A program made the position numbers and the translations under genes. A DNA stretch of 59,736 nt, filler included, from Basidiobolus ranarum (lineage: Eukaryota): assembly GCA_040143965.1 (NCBI GenBank). It is 6 parts of 6 records of this genome, joined end to end, with 100 filler letters (N's around TTAATTAATTAA, not from the genome) between each part and the next. Parts side by side here need not be neighbours in the genome. Positions count along the whole stretch, not along the records: positions 9,985 to 19,865 come from JASJQH010007644.1; positions 19,966 to 29,843 come from JASJQH010007645.1; 4 more parts are not named here. One strand, written 5' to 3'. Below the pieces are notes generated by a model that was not told the DNA's origin, did no database searches, and worked only from the letters and a program-made list of their open reading frames with translations. Positions 12,901 through 24,449 of this stretch are shown piece by piece. Position 1 is the stretch's first letter, and each line of letters opens with the position of its first letter.

Positions 12901-14265
12901 TAATCTACATCTACTCTCTTAATGGTGAGTAAGTAATACTTCTCGAATTAGAGAGTGAACCAAAAAGGGAATTGAGACAAGGGAAAATTGTACAAACGTA
13001 TCTGAAATATTTGGAAAGACACCTTCCAAGGTTTACTTTGGTCTAATACATCGTATTATCTTGAATCTGAGCAAGATGAACTGGAGGAAAATCTAGTCAA
13101 TATCTCAAGATTATCCAGCGGTTTTCACCAAATAATCGCCATGCTAGAGTGGGTTTATAGTGACCTCGTGGATACTGATCGAGTATACAGATTCCATTGT
13201 TAAAGTCTAAAATGAAAGGTTGACGAAGAATAATGAAAGATATCGGTGACGATGTGAGCACCTATTGTATCTACTCTCATGATAACGGAAATTTACATGA
13301 ACTTCGGGGTTATGCATATACCACGAGTCATAATAGCATTGATAGCATTACCAATCTACACTGATCGGGAGGTAACTGATAAGGTATATGTCAATAGTAA
13401 AAGATGGTCACTTGAAATACTACACAATACTGTATAATGGTACAAAGAGTGACTTTGAATCTATATTTCCTTCCCTAAACAATCTGAATTCACAGAAGCA
13501 ACGGAGGATTATTATTCAGACCTAGTAGTTTCTGCATGAAGACTACAACTCACAACTCATCTGCTATTGATGTGACTACGCACATCAGTGATCAGCCTGT
13601 GTGTATCAACTAGCAGTATTATACTAAAATGAGTTGGAAGGATATTATCTAATGAAATTCTCATCCAGGATGCTTCTCATTTACTAGAGCCCTATTTACA
13701 ATGACTGGCCCGTTTTACAGTCACATGGAGGTAGCAGTATATATAGCCTCATGGGAATGCTCATAAACCTATCTTATCCATGAGGATATTTATAGACTAT
13801 CTTAATTGCAATTAGGCTGTAAACAATAAACCTACATATAGCACCACCGAGAGTACTAGTACTTTGTAGAATTGGATTGATATCGGAATGCAGCATTTAG
13901 CTGAATTTGCGTATCAAATGATTTCCCACATGACGAGGCTATTAAGTCGACTGTGTAATATAGGAGAAAAAGCTAAATTTATTTTAACGGTCAACTGGTG
14001 ATTAGAGTGTCTATACATATTTAACTAATCCGTAAAATAACTGGATAAGAATGATACTAGAAGAAACTTCTGTTGGTAGAAAATAAGAGTTAATATCAAA
14101 TTAATACGGTCGCATTTGAAAGTCTTCAAATGTAAATGTTATACGAGGAAAATAAAGAAACGAAGTAGTTTTACAAAAATGTGCAAAGTAATTCAACAAT
14201 TTCACTCATCGTGGTAGGTTAGTTCTCAAACATAAAATCGGGGTTACGGTGTGAATTGAGTTAGA

Positions 14266-14487
14266 TTATAGACACACATAGTCACCAGGAGAAAGTGAGA
14301 GGATCATAGAGGACTGTGGCCCACTTCCCGTAGCTTCTTTAGATTTAGGCATGGCGGGTGGAAGCATGTGTGAAGTATTTGTGTTAAGGATCGCTAAACC
14401 GCTAGCACCTAAAGTTAATCCCACAAAGGCTATTGAAGGAAAGGGCATACTTTTCGATAGAGAGGAGCGAAGTGGAACTGCAAACAT
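14266..14487 (-). CDS. Possible small protein (73 aa) with an Arg/Ser-rich N-terminus and one hydrophobic helix
   Basis: ATG in aaccATG context. MFAVPLRSSLSKS is presequence-like and is followed by IAFVGLTLGASGLAIL. No homology recognised. Confidence 0.3.
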   Translation of the reverse strand: MFAVPLRSSLSKSMPFPSIAFVGLTLGASGLAILNTNTSHMLPPAMPKSKEATGSGPQSSMILSLSPGDYVCL

Positions 14488-15149
14488 GGTTAAGATGTAA
14501 TAAGGGAACTAACAGTTTGACGACCTTTCAGATGTTCGTGTAACTTTTACTTGTAAGGTAAACGATACAACACTTAGATATGAGTACCGTGAGGGGACAG
14601 ATTGATGATATTTGTCAAGTTACAACCTCAACTTAAATACCTTTTCTAAACATCGTATAATACGTAGCTTAGGATTGGATCCATCCCCTTGATCACTCAC
14701 AAATAGCGGTCTTCAGCTTGAAAAAGATCCGGAGTCCTTCATTCTGGCCTAGTTTTCCTAGTTTGAGAAGCTGCCTCCAACTACATGCGATTGGGATATT
14801 ATTGATGGATCCTATTGGATTCGGGGCATGATCGTGATTCCAGGTGCCCATATTAATCTTACACATTGTATAGACTCGCATTGTATATATGCAGATCACT
14901 ACCGATAGTCATCGTAAGCTTTGGCATACATGAATGTCTGGCAAGTTCTCCTCTTCGGCCATCAGTTGCAAAGGATAGTCAGCAATGTCCAGCAGCCAAT
15001 CACATCTGGGATTGCATACAAATTGAGCCAGCAAGTATTTCATTAGCTGAAGACTAAGCTAAATTCGCAATGCATAGACCAAATTGATTTCATCCGTTCG
15101 CTCAGCTACCTTTCAGATCCACCCAAACAAAGCAACCCAATAGCTGAGC

Positions 15150-16020
15150 TCTACCCCAAACCATTCTGTGAGCGATTTCCTAATCTGGACTAAGACTGCA
15201 CGATTAATTCTGTGAGACACTGTGTTAATAATGTGCAAACAACGCCGACTCAATATATGCGTTGGGACAGTAGACATATTGAACCACACCCCAGTGTTAA
15301 AGCTAGCTCTAGTTTAAGCTTCCCACTGTTTCCACCGTTTCTAGCTCTGCAACCTGTATTCATTCTTGCCATTTCGCTGGATCCGCCAAGGCTATAGTTC
15401 GCATCATGGGAGTCCCACATTTTGCGCAAGCTAAGTCAGACCAATGGATGGACGAGCCTTGATTCAGCAGCTCAACAATCCCAGGATCATCCTGATTCGA
15501 TGAAATCGGAGATTAGTCACCAGGCAGGAAAGGATTGCGTCGATCTCAATCAGCCCAGCACAGATTCTGCCCATTTGTTGCATGAAGCTACTATTTTGTT
15601 ACAACTCGGATCGCAGCAACATTTGCTGCTCACGAGGTTGTTCTTCCATTGATTGAGAAAGTTTGCCCTAAATTTCAAGATTCCGAAGTCTCGATCCTGG
15701 TTTCTGTTTGCTCTGTACACGGCCGTCCTAGCTGCTTAAGTCTATCAAGCCGCTGCTATCATCAAGCTCTCGATCAAGATTTCCTCGTTTAAAGTGTAGC
15801 TCTATGGTTTCTTTCGGCTGTTCCCTATCTCTTCGACAGTTATCTGGGTATTATGCACAGCTTTCCCTATCATTGCCCCTTGAGTATGAAGTAAATCGTA
15901 TGCTACTGTGAGATTGCGCCTGTAACCAGCATGTGCTAGGTCCGTAGAGATAGGTTTATCCAAGGGGTTGGAGATACGGAAGCACCCTGAATCATTGTTC
16001 GTCTATCTGGACACCAATAA
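15150..16020 (+). mobile_element. Possible very decayed non-LTR (LINE) reverse transcriptase relic
   Basis: Weak motifs appear in the expected order across frames: LRKLSQTN (RPISLxN-like), QAGKDCVD, ILLQL, FLFALY and FVYL. There are many stops and frameshifts. Confidence 0.3.
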
Positions 16021-16168
16021 TGTATACCAATCAATTCTAGATATTCGAAACGTCCCTATCTAATGCGACAAAGGAGCCATTCGTGTGACCATATCACAAC
16101 TTTTGAAAATTTGATATATTTTGCTGAGCTATTGAGATTGAGTGATCACCTTTACACGAAGCTAAAAC

Positions 16169-16516
16169 ATGCCATTTCTGTTCACTGCCACTCCACCTCT
16201 TAGACCAAGTGGGAAAGTAATAATCCTCGACTCAACCATCCAAACAAAGTTAGAGTTACTCCGTTTGTTTGCAAAAGAGCTAGATTTTCCCGAGTACTTC
16301 GGTTATAACTGGGATAGTCTTTATGACTCACTTAGAGATGAGGTTAGCTCACTTAAAGGTGAGCTTTTCATATTCCATAGGTCCTTGGTGTCGCTAACAA
16401 CTACCGAGCAGAAAACTTATCTAAAAATTCTTCAGGATATACTTGACTTTGACTCTCGAGTGACCATCTGGTTCAACCAGTGTGATAGAGACAGTGTCCT
16501 CAGCTATCTCAAGTAG
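16169..16516 (+). CDS. Barstar-family (ribonuclease inhibitor) protein, intronless
   Basis: A 115-aa ORF with the barstar signature LLRLFAKELDFPEYFGYNWDSLYDSLRD and typical barstar length. An AATAAA lies at about 16567. Confidence 0.88.
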   Translation: MPFLFTATPPLRPSGKVIILDSTIQTKLELLRLFAKELDFPEYFGYNWDSLYDSLRDEVSSLKGELFIFHRSLVSLTTTEQKTYLKILQDILDFDSRVTIWFNQCDRDSVLSYLK

Positions 16517-19500
16517 CTCATTTGGACCTGAAGTTTTGCTCCTTTACTGTGAAAAGACCTTATGTTAATAAATATTTAATACTTGAGTATATCGCTTGAC
16601 CAAGGAGCAGATCTATCGAAGTCTTTTCATATGAACAGTAGACAGGGTTGGGATCATAATTGCTTATACTTATCACGGTACAAAATAGCTCGATTTATTC
16701 CGCTGCATATATACGATAAAGGATTTCAACGATAGTTACTATTCCTATCGAATAAAGGAATAGAGTTAAGGTTTAGGTCAACGAATTGTAGTTGAGATAT
16801 TCGAATATGATACTGTAAATATCAAGATCCATGGTCAACCTAAGATGCTGAAATCATATCCCCAACATTATTCTTGCAGACTAGACTGGATGTAGGACAT
16901 AATCTATTTGATAGCTGTGGCATGATTAGAGATGCATACAATAACTGCTACTTATGTTTACTACAAATGCTCTGGTTTTAGTGGTAACAGTTTGATTATC
17001 AGCAACGACCCTGATAACCAAAGCAACTCTCCTACTGTTTCGAAATTCGGAGGACTTACATGCAATTGATGAAATCAAATCGCTTACACGTAGCAGTTAG
17101 CCAGTGACTGGAAAGAAAGTTTAGTCTCTACTGGTGTCACTATGAAGTATAAAAAGGAAGTGGGTTCTTGACAGGTAAAATTTCGATGATAGATTTTGGC
17201 AAGTCATGTCGCAACACATGTTCAATATTGGGGCTCCATTCAGTCGTTTCTCATTACTATGTAGTAAGGATCATCTATATGTAGGATAGTATACAGTGAA
17301 GTCATTGTGCGCCGAATTGGATACTGGATTGCGGAAAATTTAAATTGATATTCATTGTTGGTCTATAAATCCCATAGTAAATCAAATTAAATTCTCAGCC
17401 AACTCACACTATGATACCTGATCAAACTGATTGTGGGCCAGGTTTGATTAGTATAACTTCTCATTGTTGCTAACTAGGAGGAAGATCCTCTAAGTATTGA
17501 AAGTCACGCTAAGTGGAAATCCTTATTTCAATCCTCACTCTCATCGTGCGAGAAAGGGGTTATTTGAAAGGTTTTTGACAGTTCTATTACGGGGTTCATT
17601 TTTATTTCACGATGTGCAGTAGATGCGTGAGGTATTGAATATGCCGATTGAACTATAGATATTTGTTTACATGTAAGATGATAGTTATTGGTGGCTTAGC
17701 GATATATTAACATATCTGGTCACATCCAAGGTTGAAATTTCATTAACTGTAAAACTGAGTTTGAAGGTCATAAAGATCCAAAGTGAAACCTCCTTTTCAT
17801 TGTTCTGGAACGGTTATTACATGTGGCGCGTATAACACTGTAAACACACCTATTCATGTGTACATAGCTATAACGATATACTGCTAGCGTAGCGGTTCCC
17901 ATGTTTTGTAAGTGCTTACAGAATACAATCGCCCAGATATCAGGAACCTATGTGAAACCAAGGACAACAACTAGCTTTTTCCAGTAATTGCAATGTGCCG
18001 TGAGAGGGTTAGTTACTAAGTTAGTATTGTTTTCAGAACAGGGATCATACAACTATCAGATCCTCAAGAAGAACATACTCGTCGTGTCCAATTAAACCAT
18101 TGTTCTCACTTGATCGGTAAAATATCTTGAGACAACTCTCAGAATAAGGAAATCGCATTTTTTGAGTGGTAGCTTGGATTGAGGTGAAGTGTTGACATCA
18201 GTTAGCAAATGGTTGAAAGAAATGATCCAACAATCGAATTTCGTAGATAAGTATACTCTTCCCACTAAATGGGTACTTTAGTTAAAATGTGCTCTTGGTT
18301 TAGTTAATCAGTAGCATATCTCACGTTTAGATGGATGTAAATGGTGGTGAAGCCTTACATATCAGATCCAGAGAATACAAAGCTGTCCATGTTTAAATGG
18401 TAGTTGCTTCATCATGTAAGCCCCAGAGATTTGTTCACTTATTTTCTAACTTGAAGCCATAGACTCAATACTTGGTAGTGAATCGGGGAGAGCACTAATA
18501 CTCTGAATGTAAGAGACAGTGAGCTCATTCAGCAGTAGTTGGGTACTCAAAGCTATTAATCACTTTTCCTAATCCAAGCATCAACCATAATTGCTACATT
18601 TTCATTAGAAATCATGGTATATTATTTGATTGTTTTTGCCTACGGGTGCATCTATCCATACAAATGAGAGATATGATCCACATAGGGTATCGTTCATTAT
18701 TTGTTCTCTTGTCATCATAGGTTTAAGGTATTGCTACTTATGACATTGAAAATAAGGAGTAAAATTCTTACTGCAATGATATGTGGTCACTGTAAATCAT
18801 GATTAGGTTTGCTGAAGGCTAAGGTGTAATCTAAAACTTATCATTTCATCCATCTTAGGTTTGAATCTCTCCTTCAATATTAGAATCTCTACTGCCCATT
18901 ACAATGTGATCATCTACACATAGTGCTACTATGCTCATAGGAACACTGGCATTCCTGTTGAAGAAGTATTCTTATTGTGAAAAATGAGCATCAGGTTGTG
19001 GGGTATTGGTTGGACGGAAATCTTGTACAGTTGTGATATGTTTGGCACATCTCAAATATATCTTAAAATACGTTAGTACGGAATAGCCGCATCGTACTTT
19101 CGATCTATTGTGCTACAGTTCTGTGTACATTTCATGGACTTAGACATGTGGCTCAACCTATCACTGTACCAAGTTTCTCACCTGATCAATTTCAACTTGG
19201 ACTGATATAAATATAATGACTTAAGGCAAGGACTAATAGCCCATAGCTTACTACTAGTTTGATACCTCATCCAAAGTAGCTGTACAGTGTGCAGGGCTTA
19301 CAATACTAGATAGTATGTTTTTGCATGAATATATTTCATCACGATTTGGCATCAACTACCATGAAAGGTCTTTGCGTAACTTTTGGTAGTTCAACTCATT
19401 TGATAGTGTTAAGCTTATCCATATTACAACATATATAGACTGGTAATCTTGGTTATGGTAAGACAGACAATTCAGACAATAGTGAAATTTCAAAAACCAA

Positions 19501-19865
19501 GAACTCCGTGTAAAATAATTTCTGAACTTGGGTAGGAATTCACCTCTATCATAGCAATTGATTTTGTGTTCCATTTACTCATCCAGCATACCCGGGCAAA
19601 TGAATTCAATGGTGTTGAAGTTTATTGTCTTTATCATATTTATTATCTCTATCTTTATACACCTAACTATTTCATATATCATATATAAGTTAGTTAACAT
19701 TACTTAGTCAAATATCACCTAGCTGAAAATTGGAACATATATTATATATATATGAGAATAATGTGAGAATTAGCAATTCCATATTGGAAATTTCAAGGTC
19801 ATTCAAATTGCCCCAAAGATAGCTCATTTTACTCCCACAGATGTTCTTAACACAACCCCAGTGTT

Positions 19866-19965
19866 NNNNNNNNNNNNNNNNNNNNNNNNNNNNNNNNNNN
19901 NNNNNNNNNTTAATTAATTAANNNNNNNNNNNNNNNNNNNNNNNNNNNNNNNNNNNNNNNNNNNN
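19866..19965. other. Artificial contig-joining spacer 2
   Basis: Same 100-nt N/TTAATTAATTAA/N linker. Confidence 0.98.
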
Positions 19966-20449
19966 CTGATTTTGCTTCTTTTTTAGTGTTTCAGATTGAT
20001 TTTGGGTATTATTCAATCAGCTAAATATAGTTTTAATGGTGTTAAGTTAAGAAATGGTTGTTTCCTGATTTGTACATGCTGGATATTACTTGAATCAAGG
20101 TACTACAATTTTGGGCATTTCTTAGAGGCTACCAATCATGCTGCAACACACTTTTTTCCTTTTTCACTGCTTACTTGACTGGAATTCTTTGTTCTCAACG
20201 ATTTGATTACATCTTTCTTTTTAATCATTGATATAAATTGCTTAAATTTCTTAGCAAATCCAAATCACATATGTTATTTAAGCAACACCATTATATTAGG
20301 CTGCAGGCCCATTGATTTCCTCATCTCGAAACAGGTTTGATAAACATTGTGAAAGAATGAATCTAACACTTTTTTGCGGAAGGCCTTTAAATACCTTATT
20401 CAAGTTTTATACCTTGGATTCTTAGTCTGATGCTGTAATTAATCTCCTA

Positions 20450-21985
20450 GGTTTCTTCAGTGAGGCTCTAATTGATTCTTTGACTCTGTTGGCTTAGGCT
20501 TGGTCTCATATTCTATAAATACTATTGAATAATCCAAATTTCCATACATCAAGAGCATTTTCTTCTAATGTAAACATTAAAGCTAGACTCTGAGCCATAT
20601 GGTGCCATCAGTTATACCAGAGCATTGTGGTTGATTCATATAGGCCTATGTGCCTTAGTCATAATAACTAAGTTGGTTAACTGAAGTTAAAGTATTGCTC
20701 ACAGTTATCAATCAAGTAGTGACACAATGTAAATTAACCTTGAACCATTCTCTGATTTAATCTACTTTAAAATATAAGCTTTGATAACAATGTAAATGAT
20801 GATACATTGCTCAATTCTGATTAAGCCTAAGCCAAGTAAGTTGGTGTTCTTAAGTAAAATTGAGTACAATACCAATAGTCTGGCATGCCCACTTTATCTA
20901 TGCATATGTCACTATTTTTGGAATATATGCAGGGCTTGAAGAAGGAGCTGATTTCCTGCAAAGAGTAGCATAGTTTGAATATGATGGATACATAGAGAGA
21001 AGTGGCCACAGGGCACCAAAGAGTTTTTCTTTCATTTACTATTCCAATCTTTACCAAAGATGGTAATATTCTATTTTTTTTCCACACTACATTGTGACAA
21101 CTATCAATGTTGGGGAGGCAGATTAATCTCCAATTCAATTTGTTAGGAGTATTAATTGCTATAGTTTTGAAAATGAATTGGTTGTAACAGATCTGGGAGT
21201 GATACCATATTCTATATATGAATCTATTTGTGAAAAAATGACAATTACAGGAGTTATGGTATTCTTGAAGTAGAGTGATCCTAACTAACAATTTTTTGTT
21301 ACCTTACTCTGTATTTGTAAGAGTGATCTGGTGCTCTGAGCAGTTTTCTCTTGTACTGTATTGAATTAACTTGGTTGGAACTTTTAGAGATATGAGCTAA
21401 CAATGAATGTAGGTTATTAACTGAGGAAATACAATTATTTTCACTTGTTATATTTCTAAATTAAATATGTTATATCTAGATAAGATGTGAGAAAGAATGG
21501 TAACTGTTACAATCCAGCTTCATTAAAGAATTCCAGCATCTCTGCAGATTAAGTGCTTATCAGGAGTTTGATCTTTTAAACCTTTCTGTCATAATCTAAT
21601 GACCAATATGAGTTGGCTTGTATCTTTTGGACATATTCAATATGAATCTATCTTTGTCTTTAGATGATTTAAACTCTGCCAGTAAACTGTCACATTGCTT
21701 CATAATGCTACTAAATAAGAAGTTCTTAGAGTTTATGCTTTAACATGAGCTTGAATGCTTTAGATGCTATCAACACTATTGTCAGGCCAAAAGTGTCAAG
21801 ATAGGAATCAGAAACATATCAAATTGAAAGCTCTTGTTTGGTTGTGTTGAATAAACCTATCTGCTTTTGTATCCAAACTATCATGGATTGTACAGTTTAA
21901 CCATACAAGCTGTTGTATCGTGACTTTGGATGTATCACCTGGCAAACTCTTATTGAATAAAGGACTGTTGCCACTTTATCATTTA
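20450..21985 (-). mobile_element. Crypton-like (tyrosine recombinase/Ndc10-II domain) transposon relic
   Basis: Ordered fragments across frames read MVSLPDLL, PTLIVVTM*CGK, LWCPVATSLY and AYM...MAPYG. They resemble Crypton/Ndc10 motifs ELPDL, ALVxxMxNGKT, CPVGALAFY and AYL..LP...MAGF. The region is CpG-depleted with many stops. Confidence 0.4.
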
Positions 21986-22096
21986 TAGCAAACTCTCTTT
22001 GACTGAAGAAAGGATGAGTAGGATAGCTAGTTCTGGTTAATTTATAAGTTATCATTAGAAGTTGGTCACATCACTAGGCATGTCATGGTCCATGTT

Positions 22097-22489
22097 TGTT
22101 GACTAAATTATGTATATTCCACATCTTGATTAACTTTAGTTAGGATAAAGCTATCAGAGACAGAGAATAATGTATCTATGGCCCCTATATCTTAGTTGTG
22201 AATAAGTCTATATCAATCATCCATATGTTATATTACTCACACATACTTATTTTATCTTATTTCAGAAATACTTCCCTAACTGAAATTTGTGGATTGTTAT
22301 TGCAACAAACCTGTCACCATTTAATCCAATTTGAATTGACTATATACATACTGCCATAAAATCAATAACTACTGATTGTACTGTTTCATCTTTACTCTTA
22401 GCAACCCTTAAAATTACAATTCAAGTCATTGAATGCATATATAGACAAAAATACTATCATAGAGAAAATTGGAAATTTAAGATGCAACA
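22097..22489 (+). mobile_element. Solo LTR, family B
   Basis: TGTTGA...TGCAACA with flanks ATGTT/TTGTT (4 of 5 match). Internal gtatctatggcccctatat and aatactatcata match the reverse complement of 39563-39818. Confidence 0.55.
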
Positions 22490-24449
22490 TTGTTTAATTT
22501 TAATCACAAAGCTAAACATAGACCACTGAACATGGCCTCTACCCAACATCATTTCCTCAAAGGCTATGTTTCTCTTTGATATAGTCAAGAGATGGATTGT
22601 TTATGGTTAGGTTGCAGCTATCGATGATACAGAGTCATCAGAACTGTTAGAGTTCTACCAATATTATGTCCAGGTTCAATAATGACCAGAATGACATCAA
22701 TTATATTCTCTACTCCTACAATCCTTTTGTGGCAAAATCATGAAGTTCTTGTATGGAGCCATTGTTATTGATAGGGCAGTGACTGTTGTTACTGCTTTCA
22801 GTTTAGATTCAACCATGTTTGTCATTGCATAGTCTTCCCTAGTCATTAATTCACATTGCAACATTATGTTTTGATTGAGTGAAGTGGTCTGCTTACTTTT
22901 TTTTGGTTTTTGTGCTGCACCTTTGTTACTTTCTTGATACTAGCTCAGAATTTTTGATTAGTTCATTACATTTCTCCCCTTCTTTCATTGTAGAGGTGAG
23001 ATATTTATTTAAAGAGTAATAATCCTATGGAATAGTTGGGTTAAAATAAAATTAACCTAATATGTAAATCAATCCCAATGTCACATCTACTCAAGTAGAA
23101 GACAATTTATTTTAGAAAATACTGAACCAGAACCAATAGTAGATAGTTTTATCTCTTGATTAGAGCATCAAAAACAGGTGTTTATCTTGGTGCAAACAAC
23201 TCAAAAAGGTATAATTCTTTGATGGGATACCTCTGGTGCTCAGTGATCACCTCTGAGAGTTAGTTACATTCATTTACAGCTTGATGGGTGATAAAGTTCA
23301 TCAGTGTTATTAGGCTAAGCCACATTAGAGTTAATTATTCATGTTAGTCTGAAATATCATGTTTGTTTAGACTGATAGTGACATTATTATCACATTTGAT
23401 AAACAGAGTTAAATCACATGCATTATGGAGCTTCAACATAGCATAAGCACTTTTGTTTGCTTAACATCGAGATAGAGTGGGACAACAATGTTTCTGTTCC
23501 AAGTCAAAAATTTTGAGCTAAGCTAGATCAGATACGTTGGGTTTTGTAAGGTGAACATTCATTAGATACTTTGGATGGCTAACTAACCCAATGACTTTAA
23601 TACTGGTAGTGATGTATTTTTACTTGAGTACAGGCAAAGGACAAGTTACTTTTGCATTTTGACCTGACTAGAGATACCATTCAAAGTTACAGTTTTAATC
23701 TAATCAAATGAGTAGCCAATAATGTGTCAAGTTACATCAGAGCACAAAATAACCAAATTGTACTGTTAATTTTGCACTTTTATCACTTCTACCCATTTGC
23801 AAATATCCATACATAGCCAAGACCAGTTCAACTCTGAAGGGAATGAATAGGGATTGTTACATTGCTATTAATAGACTCTGGTTCTTGATGTCACTATCTC
23901 ATATATATTCACCTGACCTTGTTGTTACCCTCAATGTTTAAATGCTGCAACATTCTGATTTAATGGCCTCTATATTGATGACACTGTAGCTGCAGTCATT
24001 ATGGCCAAACAACTATAACTTGGTGTGATGTCATAGCAATTTCTGACTAAAGCAATTTCTAACTAATTCTGATAAAGTTTGTTTATTCCAAAAAATATAA
24101 CATGGATGCAATGCATGTCTAGAGATCAGGATGCACATCATAAATGCAAAAGGAATCATAGTGTGATGAAATTAGTGTTTATAACACAATAGCTACCAAT
24201 GTTGCATTAACTTGAAATTTTACTCTATTTCTCACTTTTTTAGTAAGTGAGACAATCAAGAACAATACAAACAAGTCTGTGTCTATGTTTGGTGTAGGGC
24301 GCAAGTTATCTTTGTCATGAGTGATGAGCTTACTGATCTGCCTAAATGCATATTCAGAATTGCATTGAGTGAGAGAAGTCCAACAGCATTCCTGAAAGTA
24401 AAAGATTTTTTGATAAGTAATATCCAATGGAGCTGGCTATATAGGGACA

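Noticed and set aside
9985-13900. Possible decayed genes or TEs in the first part of contig 2
   Set aside because: There are coding-like patches, but stops occur in all frames and I could not assign any motif.
17000-19865. Possible RNase partner for barstar, or a retroelement
   Set aside because: No barnase-like, RT or integrase motifs were recognisable.
20450-21985. Copia RT/RNase H reading of this region
   Set aside because: No YVDD or KHID motifs in a consistent order; the Crypton-like motifs fit better.
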